A stretch of DNA of 64,000 nt from Terriglobia bacterium (GTDB lineage: Bacteria > Acidobacteriota > Terriglobia > 20CM-2-55-15): contig CBDAOY010000004.1 of assembly GCA_965198225.1 (NCBI GenBank), positions 320,001-384,000 on the forward strand, written 5' to 3'. The notes under the pieces were generated by a model. The model made no database searches. It was not told where the DNA came from and worked only from the letters and a program-made list of their open reading frames with translations. Below, piece by piece: positions 28,985-39,177 of this stretch. A program made the position numbers and the translations under genes. Position 1 is the first letter of the stretch, and every line of letters begins with the position of its first letter.

Positions 28985-29756
28985 GCCGAGGTCGGTTTTG
29001 CGACTGCGGATTTATCGTGTAGCACTCGGAGTGACCGTAGGTTTGTGGGTGGCGTTTGCCCCGGCCGGCTGCGCTCCCATGGAGGACACGACCGCGGTTC
29101 CACCCGACCGCACCGCTCCGGATGACCCCGTCCGCATTCGCGAGACAGCCCGGGCGTTCCTGGTCGGTACGGATTCCGAGGAGCCGGGCTTCGGCCTCTA
29201 CAGCTACCTGCTGTTCGGTTCGCCCCCGAGCCCCTCGTCCCGCGACCGCTACATTGCAGCGATCGAGTCCTACCTGGATTTCACCCCGCCGATCGGGGAA
29301 GTCACCGACTACTATGAACCCGCTGAGCTGAACATCAACTACCTGCCCATCACCGCGCCAAATGACAGCGAGGATCCCCAACCCAATGAGGGCGACGATC
29401 CCGAGCAGCTTCTCGAGCAGTACAACTACGTCCGCTCGCGCGTGATCCTCGATGCCATCGAGGACGAAGGGGCCCAGAGGGATGGTCCCTACATCGTTTC
29501 CCACCGATCACCCCTGACCGAAGCGCCGGTCGTCGGCGAGTACCTTTACCAGGATCTGTCGACAGTACCCGCCAACTTGGTGCGCCTCTGGTTCAAGGAG
29601 TTTCTCGAGCAGGTCGAGCAGGAGAACTTTGCCGAGGAGCGAGCCCTCGAGAACTTCTCTCTGGAATTCCGGACGAACCTCGAACTCGTTGCAGTGTTCG
29701 CACAGACCCTTCCCGATGGACTTCTGTCGTCCCTCATCCGATGGGTTTCGGGGTAG
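28968..29756 (+). CDS. Hypothetical lipoprotein
   Basis: Hydrophobic stretch ending PAGC, then FL..EEPGFGLYSYLLFG. No family recognised. Confidence 0.6.
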   Translation: MMLEVRPRSVLRLRIYRVALGVTVGLWVAFAPAGCAPMEDTTAVPPDRTAPDDPVRIRETARAFLVGTDSEEPGFGLYSYLLFGSPPSPSSRDRYIAAIESYLDFTPPIGEVTDYYEPAELNINYLPITAPNDSEDPQPNEGDDPEQLLEQYNYVRSRVILDAIEDEGAQRDGPYIVSHRSPLTEAPVVGEYLYQDLSTVPANLVRLWFKEFLEQVEQENFAEERALENFSLEFRTNLELVAVFAQTLPDGLLSSLIRWVSG

Positions 29757-30360
29757 CCGCGACCGGTCGTGCCAGCACCTCGGCTGCACTTCCGCAGCGA
29801 CTCGAGATCAAAGTGTAGTTCTCCTCGTAATCCTGGTCGATCTCCGGACCCTCCCCGTTGACGTGCATCAGTTCATGCAGGAACGCCGTGTCCCGACCGA
29901 GGGCGATCCGCAGGAAGTTGTCGTTCAGGAAAGATCACACCCCGGAGCGTGGACGATCCATCCACGGGGTACGCCCGCCCGTAAACGCCCGACTCGTCGG
30001 ATGCCAACCTTTCGACCCCGAGGTCGACGATCACCTTCCAGATGCTGCCGGGAAACATCTCCGGTCGGTCGGGCAGGTTTGAAGCCCCCGGATTCACGTA
30101 GTTCACCGACGTCTTCGACAACAGATCGAACGCATTTGATCGTCCACCGAATAAATCCGCACATCCGCCGAAAGCCGTGCACGTATGCTGGTGAGCAACG
30201 AGTTCACCATCGAGTCGTCGTCGAAGCGGCCGTAGCCGCCGGGCGCGACAATGGTCGGGTCGACCTCTGGCTGGAGTGGATCGCCTTCCAGTGATTGGGC
30301 GCGAGCTGCAAGGTTCGCCGTCATAAAGGAACACCAAAAAGGAGCTCTCCGTCTGGCGGA
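29734..30360 (-). pseudogene. Frameshifted HExxH zinc-metalloprotease-like protein
   Basis: Stitching frames gives ..SSFLVFL/MTANLAARAQS..//..GVIF/LNDNFLRIALGRDTAFLHELMHVNG..*, with HELMH at 29863-29877. Start uncertain. Confidence 0.45.
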
Positions 30361-30796
30361 ACCCTTGCTTTTTAACCGACCAGCGATGGATCGCTGAGCG
30401 GCTCAAAAGGGGCTCGTCAAAAAGCCTGCCCTGGATCGGAACTGACTCCGCTTTCGCCGCCCCTGGCTGACGAATCGGCGTCCGGCGCATCGCGCCGGCG
30501 CCGGTTCTCGGAAGCGGAGGTTCCATGCTAATCCGTTACGGCGTTCTCCTGTCGGTCGCGACTCTGGTGCTATGGCTGTAAGTGGCTACATAGTAAAGAT
30601 TTGGTGGATTTGTTGACTCGGGCAGAACCCACGTCTCAGGCGGTTTCAGTCGTGGATTCATATCAGCCCTGATAGAGCGCATATCGCCCCCGCTTGAAAT
30701 CAGGCGAAGCCGACGGTGATCCGGCTCGATCAGGCTTTTGATTTCGTTTTGGAACGCCCCGTGATAAGAAGCGGGTCAGGGAAGGAGAAACGCAGC

Positions 30797-32762
30797 ATGC
30801 GACCACGACTGATGGCGATCGCGGGCCCTCTCGAAGGCCAGTTGATCGAGCTGACGGAATCCGAAACGACGCTTGGCCGGGACGTTGCCACCGGGATTCG
30901 ATTAGAGGACGACCTGGTATCCAGGCGTCACTTTAAGATCTCGAAGTCGGACGACGGTTTCGTGATTCGCGACCTCGACAGCCGCAACGAGACCTTCGTC
31001 AACGGTGTGCCGGTACGGGAACACTCGCTTCAGCACGGCGACCGAATCCAGGCCGGGTACTCCCTTTTCTTCTTCTTCGTGAACGAAGGTCAAGAGATCC
31101 CGTCGGACACTACGGAGCTCGAGACTGCACTGGATTCCGACACGGAGAACACCCGATCTGTGACGCACCTGTCCGTTGAGGACTCCCGGTACCTGAAACC
31201 CGCGAGCGGAGCCGAAGTCGATACGGTTTCGAACGAGCGTCGCGAAACTCGGGATGACCGGACGATTCGTGGGCTCGAGGTCCTGATCGACATCAGTCGC
31301 GATGTCGGTATGGTCCGCAACCTGGGAGATCTTCAGGAGCGGCTTCTGGCGTCACTCTTTGAGGCTTTTCCGGCCGAGCGGGCTGCCATCCTACTGGATC
31401 CGATCGGAGACCCGGACGAGGCGAGATTCTCGTCCCATGTGTCGGCGGGCCGGGTACGAGGGATCGGATTTCATCGTGAGCCGTACGATCCTCCAGAAGG
31501 TGCTGTCGACCAGGAAAGCGGTCCTGAGCAACGACATCCCTCAGGACGTTGAGTTCGCATCGGCCGAGAGCCTCAAGCTCGGTCGCGTGCATTCGCTGTT
31601 GTGTGCGCCGATTCGGTACCAATCGGACCTTCGTGGGGTTCTCTACCTGGACACGACAAAACCGGCTGACGCTTTCGACGACGACGATCTCGAGCTCCTT
31701 GCCGGCGTTGCCGGCATTATCGGAGCTCCTCTGGAGAATGCGAGGAACAGGGAGCGATTGACGGAGGAGAACCAACGGTTTCTCGACGAGGCACTGCTGC
31801 ACGACATCGTCGGTGACAGCACCGCCGTGCGGACCCTTCTCGAAAGAATTGCGAAGTGCGCAGCAAGCGATCGCAGCGTCCTGATAGAGGGTGGGAGCGG
31901 CACCGGAAAGGAACTGGTCGCGCGTGCGATCCGCAGGAGTGGCAAGCGTGCCGAAAAGCCATTCGTCGCGATCAACTGTGCCGCGCTCGTCGATACCCTG
32001 GTCGAAACAGAGCTATTCGGGACCGTCAAGGGCGCCTTCACCGGAGCGGTGGACCGGATCGGGAAACTTCAGTACGCGAACGGTGGAACCGTCTTCTTGG
32101 ACGAGATCGGAGAGATGAAACTGGAACTCCAGGCCAAGCTCCTTCGGTTTCTCGAAGAGAAACAGTTCGAGCGAGTAGGTGGCCACGGTCCCATCTCAGT
32201 CGATGTCCGGATCGTTGCCGCGACAAACATCGACTTGAAGAAGGCGATCGAGGAAGGCCGGTTTCGCGAGGATCTGTATTACCGCCTGAGCGTGCTGACA
32301 CTGACGGTCCCCGCCTTGAAAGAGCGCCGAGAAGACATCGGAATCCTTGCAAGCCACTTTTTGAAGGAGGCTTCCAAGGACTGCGGCCGCCAGATCCTCG
32401 GGATTTCGCAAGAGGCGCGGGCCTGCCTGGCTCACTACGACTGGCCCGGCAACATCCGTCAGTTGAAGCACGCCATCGAGCACGCCGTCGACATGGGCTC
32501 GGCCGAGCTGATCATGCCGGAAGATTTGCCCGCCGAAATCGCCCGGGGCTTGGCCGGCGAGGGCGCTACACCTCAGGGACTGCAGCAGAGATTGCGGGAG
32601 GCCGAGAGACAGATCGTGATGGATGCGATCCGATCCACCAACGGCAGCATCACGGAGGCGGCGAAGGTGCTCCGGATTCACCCGAACAACCTGCACCGGG
32701 TGATCGGACGCCTAGACCTCCGCGAGGCCGTCGATGAGTTCAAACGTGGGGCCTCGGCCTGA
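30797..32762 (+). CDS. FHA-GAF-sigma54 AAA+ enhancer-binding protein with HTH, frameshifted near 31455
   Basis: FHA (TLGR..VSRRH..DLDSRNETFVNG), GAF (SLLCAP..GVLYLD), Walker A GGSGTGKE, GAFTGA, FLDEIGE, FREDLYYRL, WPGNIRQL and a C-terminal HTH. Confidence 0.9.
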
Positions 32763-33023
32763 GACCGCGCCGCTTGTGCACACCGTGGTCGGCCCCATTG
32801 CCGAAGACACCTCCCCGTCGCCACCTTCCCACTCGGAGTAACGGCTTGATATCAGACCCGTAGTTATAGCATCCTGCCGTTACCCATCGTTTGTTAAGAG
32901 TGCGCGGAACCTGGATAGGACGCCCCGAGTACAACGGCTCAAGGAATGGCGGCCGGCCGCAGCCGGTTATTCGATAGGCAAGGGTAGCGTGCACGACATG
33001 CTTGTGTTCCTCAGGCCAAACTT

Positions 33024-33038
33024 TGGCACGCCTCAGGC
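33024..33038 (+). promoter_or_regulatory. Candidate sigma54 (-24/-12) promoter
   Basis: TGGCACGCCTCAGGC has a perfect -24 TGGCACG and GG-N10-GC spacing. It lies just downstream of the activator and ~135 bp before the ATG at 33173. Confidence 0.55.
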
Positions 33039-33172
33039 CAAGTTTTCGCATGCACGCCTTCCTGGCGAGATCCGGCTAAATCGGGCCCTAACAGAGATCC
33101 TGAGAGGAGACCCAGTGTGGACGAGACCTCGTCCGCTGTGAGTTCTCGTCCCGACGGTAACGGAGTGAGACG

Positions 33173-34896
33173 ATGCCAACGACGCCCAGTGAAGGCTTTT
33201 CCGGAACGTTCAATTTGGATTCCAAGATTCTGCCTCCCGACAGTTCGGGGTCCGTCACAATCGGTGCGGAAACGGCCGCCGACGTCCTCGAAGCAATCCT
33301 CAAGAACAAGCCGTTCCCCGACCGACAGATCGATCTGGCCGGCGTCGCGGTGCACGCCGAGGCCGGGCGCGACATCAAGTTCAATGCGGGCAAGGGGGCT
33401 GTCAGGTTCGGAGGAACCGTCGAAGCGCGCACCCGGATGGGGATCTTCGGTGAAGGGACAGCGGTTCTGAAGGAATTGGACCTGGAAGACGCCGGCAAGA
33501 TCAACCTCGAACTCGCCGACCAGGATGGAGTGCGCTACCTGCTCTTGCTTGCCGGATACGGAGTCGAAGGAAAAGTGAACGGGTCGCACCCGATAGGCGT
33601 CCTGGGATCGGTTACGTTTGGAGGATCGGGCCAACGGTCGCGTCTGTACGCTGTTGTCCATCGATTTGCTGCCGACGATCCCGCACGGGATGCCATAGAG
33701 AACACCGTGAAGAGCTGGCGGCTGCCTCGCCATGTCGATGATCCGGACGACCTGCGGCCGGGGACGATGTTGGTCGGCGAAGTAGAGGGTTCCCTCGCCC
33801 TGAACCTCGGCGCCCAGCTGGGCTTCGACTTTAACTTCGTCCGGCAGACCGAAGCATTCGGTTTGACCGGTGACGTAGGTCTGAAGCTTGAGACCGGCGT
33901 GAGAGTTGCGCTCGGTTTTGAGGCCAGCGGCCGCTACCTGGTGGTCCTGGATCGCGAATCGATGGGATCCAATACAGCCATCGTGAGGTTGCAGCTCTAC
34001 AAACTTTCCAAGAAGGGCTGGAGCTTCGGCCTCAACCTATCGGCGCACGCGCAGGGCGACGTCGGCATCGCACCCGAAAGAGTGGACGACCTGGTCAAGG
34101 CAGTCTTCGGAGTCCACGGTCAACAGATCGTGGAGAACCTCCAGGCGATCGAAAAGTGGACTGATCCCAACACGGATCTTTCTGACAAGGTTGCGGGCCT
34201 GACGGGCGACACCGCGCTGGAGTTGCTGCACCACACCACCGGTATCGATCCGAAAGCGGAGTTTGATAGGGCCAAAGCCGTGTTCACGAAAGCGATAAAT
34301 CATTGGAAGTCGTTGCCGGACAAGGTCGCTGCGACAGCCTGGAAGTTGATCGAAGAGCTGGCCGACAACGAGCAGTATTTCAAAGATTTCCAATCGACCC
34401 TGACACTGCTCGCGACCGAGGACGAACAGACTCGGAAGGACGAGCTGAAGAAGATTCTCGCGAGGGTGGACTTCGACGACATCCCGGCCGGGAAGCTTCT
34501 CAACGCTGCCGCTGAAAGGGGCGTCCCGGCCCTCCTGGACCGCAGCGGGGACCTGCGGAAGGTTGCCGCGACGATACTGGACGTCCTGAACGGAGGGATC
34601 ATCAGAAGGCTGCAGGGATTCGTGAACGAGAAACTCAATCTTGATGACGTTATGAAAGTGGCAACCGAGGCCGACTTCGACGAGCTCCATGACTGGCTGA
34701 AGAGCAAGCTCTCGGCGTTCCTCGACGAGGAGCTCGAGTTTGAGAAGCTGGACGAGATCAAAGACGCCATCAACGCGGTCCTCGAGAAACGCCAGGAGCT
34801 TTACGAGAAGGCGCTGCAGGCACTGGAACGTCGCTACGATTTCGAGTTCGGCTACAACTACCAGAAGAGTCCCACGAGAACGGCTTTGCTCGACGT
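33173..34896 (+). pseudogene. Large hypothetical protein truncated by an IS insertion
   Basis: ~575 codons of open frame (beta-rich, then helical) ending at the IS terminal repeat (..TALLDV). No continuation found beyond the IS. Confidence 0.7.
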
Positions 34897-35459
34897 AGCG
34901 TTGTTGCATGGATCGGGGTGGAGATGGAATTCGCCCTTTCCCAAGCGGTAGCGTCAGGCGATGCGTTCGAACACAGGCCGTCCGAGTGCGGTCATTGTGT
35001 TCAGAACTTTCTGGCCGACCTTGATTTCCGTGATCTGCCTGGAGAAGCTGCGGGATTTGAGCTTGGGGCCGATGACGCTCTTCCAACGGCCGATCTGCGT
35101 TTCTATCCGGCTGCGCTGGTTGTACCCTGTGGCCGCCTGCCAGGCCATACGGCCATTGCTGCGGATCTGGGCAATATGGCGATCCCGAACGGTTGGGCCC
35201 CGCGCCGATTGCGGTCGGATCACTGCGTTCTTTGGCGGCGGTATAACCACATCCAGGGTCTCCCCATACCGTTCCCTCAGCAGATCCCGTGTAGACGCCC
35301 CATCATAGGCGCCGTCAGCCAGAAAGCCCGTGACCGGGGCAGCCAGTTGATCCAGGAGCCCGTATCTGGACTCCTCCTGTCAAGTAGGCGCAGCTGTCCC
35401 ATATCCTTTTCCCGAAGATTCTTTTCAGCATCCTGATATTTGATTTTCGAGTTGAGTGA

Positions 35460-35620
35460 CAGATCGACTGCATCCGTATCTTCGGCCTCTCGAATGGAAC
35501 GTTTGAGTTCCGGGCCATGATGAAATTCGCGCGCGGGGTGCCAACCGGGTAAACGGCCTCCAGGGGCCACGGCTTCTCCGGCGTTTCCCCGCGCCGGTCT
35601 GACCGGTACGTCATCAACTC
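35460..35620 (-). ncRNA. Putative seekRNA/bridge RNA of the IS1111 element
   Basis: The downstream non-coding region has IS1111-like scaffold text (accggtcagaccggcg..gcgcgaatttcatcatggcc..gccgaagatacggatgcag) with segments matching the target and donor junction. Boundaries approximate. Confidence 0.65.
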
Positions 35621-35666
35621 GAACGTCGTCGCAGTCTACTGAAAGGATGTTCCTACAGTCATGGTG

Positions 35667-36701
35667 TCAGGCCGCCCGTCGGTCAGCCTCGTACGCCGTG
35701 TCCTGTGTCCAGACGGCCCAAACCGTGCGGGCCAGTTTGTTGGCTAAAGCAACCGTGGCCGTGTTGTGCCCGCGGAGTGTGTGGAGACGGAGACCCCATT
35801 TCTGCAGAGCCGAAGGTTGCGCCCCTTTTCGATGCGCACTCCATAGCAGAGTGCGGCCACCGTGTATGAGCAGCATCCGCAGGTAGACGTTGCCTTGTTT
35901 GCTGATCGCTCCCAGCCGACGCCGGTTTCCGCTCGAACGCTCACGCGGGGTGAGTCCCAGATAACTGGCAAAGTGGCGACAGGATCGAAACCGTCGGGGG
36001 TCACCGACAAAACCTACCATCGCCGTGGAAGTCAACAGCCCGATTCCAGGGATCGAGCGCAGACGGGCCACCTCGGGCATCTGACGGGCCAGGGCTTCCA
36101 ACTCCCGCTCCACCGATTGAATGCGTGCCTCCAGCTCGCGGATTTCGGTGCACACTTCCGAGAACATGACGCGTACGGTCATGGGGATCTCAACATCCGC
36201 ATCTTCGATCAACCCCATGACTCCGGGCACCAGCCGCCGGGCTCCCGTCGGCAGCACGAGCCCAAACTCTCCCAGCAGCCCCCGCACCATGTTGATGCGC
36301 GCCGTCCGGGTCCGCATCCAGGTCGACCGGATGCGGTGCAGGGCGGTGAGTTGCTGTTGCGCCACCGTCTTAATGGGTACCGCCCGAATATCGGCATTCC
36401 GGTGGGCCTCCAGCAACCCTTTTACATCCGCCCGATCCGTCTTACTCCTCGGTACGTAGGGCCGGACATACTGCGGTGAAATCAGTACCACTGTGTGCCC
36501 CAGTTTCTGGATCTCTCGTCCCCAGTGATGGGCGGCACTGCAGGCTTCCATCACGACCGTCGCCAGCTCCTGATTCGCAAAAAACGACAAGAACTTTCCC
36601 CGGCTTAAACGGTATGTCTTCGTCATCTGCCCGGGGCGGTCGGAAATCCCAATCTCGAAAACATTCTTTGCCAGATCCACTGCGATCGTTTTACTCTTCA
36701 T
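35667..36701 (-). CDS. IS110/IS1111 DEDD transposase (recombinase)
   Basis: AVDLAK, VMEAC, KTDRAD, SIPGIG, GLTPRERSSG (catalytic Ser) and ALANKLAR. Confidence 0.95.
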   Translation of the reverse strand: MKSKTIAVDLAKNVFEIGISDRPGQMTKTYRLSRGKFLSFFANQELATVVMEACSAAHHWGREIQKLGHTVVLISPQYVRPYVPRSKTDRADVKGLLEAHRNADIRAVPIKTVAQQQLTALHRIRSTWMRTRTARINMVRGLLGEFGLVLPTGARRLVPGVMGLIEDADVEIPMTVRVMFSEVCTEIRELEARIQSVERELEALARQMPEVARLRSIPGIGLLTSTAMVGFVGDPRRFRSCRHFASYLGLTPRERSSGNRRRLGAISKQGNVYLRMLLIHGGRTLLWSAHRKGAQPSALQKWGLRLHTLRGHNTATVALANKLARTVWAVWTQDTAYEADRRAA

Positions 36702-37455
36702 CTCGGACTCCTTCTTGTTTACACGTCCTCGTGTTTAGCCCGCACCATCGCGAGGCTTCACAATGACTTTGGCACTACGATGCCGACTCAGTCATCAAGG
36801 AGGAGTCCATCCCATCAGGTAAGGCGGTGCTGTCTCCAGCGGCATCGTCAGTCAGATCGGCGCAAACAATCGCACCGCTGGCCAGGTCCAGTCCGAGGTG
36901 GAGTTTGCGCCAGCGGCGGCGTATTCCCTTGATTTTATGCTTCTGCGCGAGCCATTCCCCCTCGCCGAAGATCTTGAGGCCGGTACTGTCCACCACCAGA
37001 TGGACAGCCACAGACCCGGCTTGCCTCATCGCCTGAGCGATGTTCAAGCCGTTTGCGCGACGTGACAGTGTGGAGTAATCCGGCACCCGTATATCCAGCC
37101 CCATGAGCGTGCCGATGGATCCCATAAGTCCCTGCGTTTGCCGCAACGCAAGCCGATACGTCGTGCGCAGCGTCAGGCATGTATCGATCGCCAAATCCGA
37201 GTATCTCCACTGGCCACCCCGTGACGTGCGGCGCGGCGCGCTCCACACACTTTGAGCCTCTTCACTGACCCAGATCGTCAGATCACCCCGCTGGCGTAGG
37301 CTCTCGTTATATTCCGCCCAGTTGATCACCCGATACTGCGCCTTATCAAACTTGTGCCGGCGGGCTGCGTTGAACTTATGTGGCATCTAAGTTATCCCCG
37401 GTGTTGAAAAACACAATGATAAGACATCCTTCGGGATGATCCATGCAACAAGGTC

Positions 37456-37687
37456 GATCGAGAAGGTCAACGGACTACTTGATGAATTTCGGGACAAGGT
37501 GGATCTTTTTGGAATAGGCGTGCGAGTCCTTGGCCTGCTGATTGACACGATCAAGAATGTCGCCAAGAGCATCGTGCTCGGGGGAGGCTGGTTCGGTTTG
37601 ATTCTCTCACTCGTGCGCATTTACAAGAACCTGAGAAAGCTCAGGTTGGTGCCCGAAGAAGCCGAGGTCGCCTGGGTGGTCGTTTAG
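37456..37687 (+). pseudogene. C-terminal remnant of an unknown gene beginning at the IS end
   Basis: Open frame IEKVNGLLDEFRDKVDLFG..VAWVVV*. The ATG in the ORF track lies within the IS end. Confidence 0.45.
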
Positions 37688-37942
37688 CGGTTCTTACTCT
37701 GATTGCGATGGCCGGCCCGACCGAGAAAGCCATCACCCCGTGGATTCTAGATCCAGCGAAGGCCGTCGCCACGCTTCTTCGGCCCGGACGTTACCCTACG
37801 ATTCGTCCGCGATCGCCGAGCGTCACGAGCAAAGTCATCTTGTTCTTCCTTTGCGCATTTTTCGATCCCTCAACACGGTTTCGCGGCCTTTTTACGTCTC
37901 TTTGCTACGGTAAAGCCATTTCAAGACTCAGGAGGTCGGACT

Positions 37943-38797
37943 ATGTTCAGTTACGTCGCGCTCGTATCCGAAACCCCGCGGATTCCGAACTGGCAGGTGC
38001 AGATGGTGGCAGCGGCCCTGCAGATCCAGGTCAGCCGGGACTTTACACCGATCTGGGGGATCGACGCGACCCTCAGCGCGTTCGACCAGCTCGGGGACGT
38101 ACCTTCCGGGTTCTGGCCGATCGTCATCCGGGACGACATCGGTTTTGCCGGCGCCGCAGGCATCCACCTCGACCAGAACAAGAAGCCCTTCGGCCTGGTG
38201 CAGGCCTCCAATCGCTGGTCACTCACCGCAAGTCATGAGGTGCTGGAAATGCTTGCCGATCCCATGGGCAATCGCACCCTTAGCGCGCAATCGATCAAGC
38301 CCGGGCAGGGGATCGTTGAATTCCTGGTCGAGGTGTGCGACCCGAGCGAGGATGAAGACTTCACCTACCAGATCAACGGCGTCATCGTTTCCGACTTCTA
38401 CACTCCCGACTTCTTCCTGCCCCGGGAGTCCGGCAACGTGCGCTACAGTTTCTCCGGTGGCATCGAGAAGCCGAGAACCATTCTTCGCGGCGGCTATATT
38501 TCATGGCTCGACCCGGCGACGAACCACTGGTGGCAGCAAACGTGGTTCACTGGCCCCAATCCGAAGTTCGTCGACCTCGGCGTCCTGGATACCGCCCGCA
38601 TCAGTCCCCGGACTGTGATCGATCGGGCCACGCTGGCCCGGCGAAAAAACCCAAGATCTATCTACGGTTTGCCGAAGACCAAGAAGATTATCGTGGATCA
38701 GAAGAAGCTGTTCGGGATGATGAACGCATCGAACCGGGATCGGGCAGCGGGGTGGGAAAAACAGATCCGGAGAATCAAAAGGGCGGCCAAGCCATAG
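37943..38797 (+). CDS. Conserved hypothetical, probable zincin-like metalloprotein
   Basis: AGGAGG RBS and AAGIH..WSLTASHEVLEMLADP..EVCDP..VSDFYTP. Confidence 0.65.
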   Translation: MFSYVALVSETPRIPNWQVQMVAAALQIQVSRDFTPIWGIDATLSAFDQLGDVPSGFWPIVIRDDIGFAGAAGIHLDQNKKPFGLVQASNRWSLTASHEVLEMLADPMGNRTLSAQSIKPGQGIVEFLVEVCDPSEDEDFTYQINGVIVSDFYTPDFFLPRESGNVRYSFSGGIEKPRTILRGGYISWLDPATNHWWQQTWFTGPNPKFVDLGVLDTARISPRTVIDRATLARRKNPRSIYGLPKTKKIIVDQKKLFGMMNASNRDRAAGWEKQIRRIKRAAKP

Positions 38798-39177
38798 CGC
38801 TCGCCTCTACGGGCGGTTCCGGTGACCCCGATGATGGACCACCGACAGACCCCCACCATCGCGAGGCCTCGCCGGTAGCGGGCGGCCCTGAATTTGAGAA
38901 AACTCGAGGCTGGATCCTCAGTCGAGCCAGATTGCGCGATTTGTGGTGTTTCACCGTAACTCCGCTTATCATCTTCCCGCAAGATTTCACCAATCTTTTA
39001 CGTCTCTTAGGACAAGAGATCATTTAAGTAAAAAGGAAAATCGTTAGTCCGGAAGCGACACCATCGTGGCGCCAGAGCGTTTGTGTCGCGACATGCAAGG
39101 GCCATAGCGGAATCGCAGCAAGTCGCCGACAGGCTGTTCGCTCGGCGATGCCGCCGGATCCTAATTTCGGGGGAAGC

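Larger units (their letters stand above)
35363..36817 (-). mobile_element. IS110-family, IS1111-group element
   Basis: Subterminal IRs ATGGACTCCTCC / GGAGGAGTCCAG with ends TGATGGG.. and ..AGATA. No target duplication, and a ~300-bp non-coding region downstream of the transposase. Confidence 0.9.
34897..37455 (-). mobile_element. IS5-family (IS903 group) element interrupted by IS1111
   Basis: IRs AGCGTTGTTGCATGGATC (34897-34914) and GATCCATGCAACAAGGTC (37438-37455). Transposase halves 37386-36818 and 35362-34954 join into a 978-bp frame (NWAEYNESLRQRG, VVDSTG, ADGAYD, YNQRSRIET). Confidence 0.9.

Noticed and set aside
35363-35385. Circle-junction promoter of IS1111 (TTGACA..TA/TGAT)
   Set aside because: Only 13 bp separate TTGACA from TATGAT, short of sigma70 spacing.
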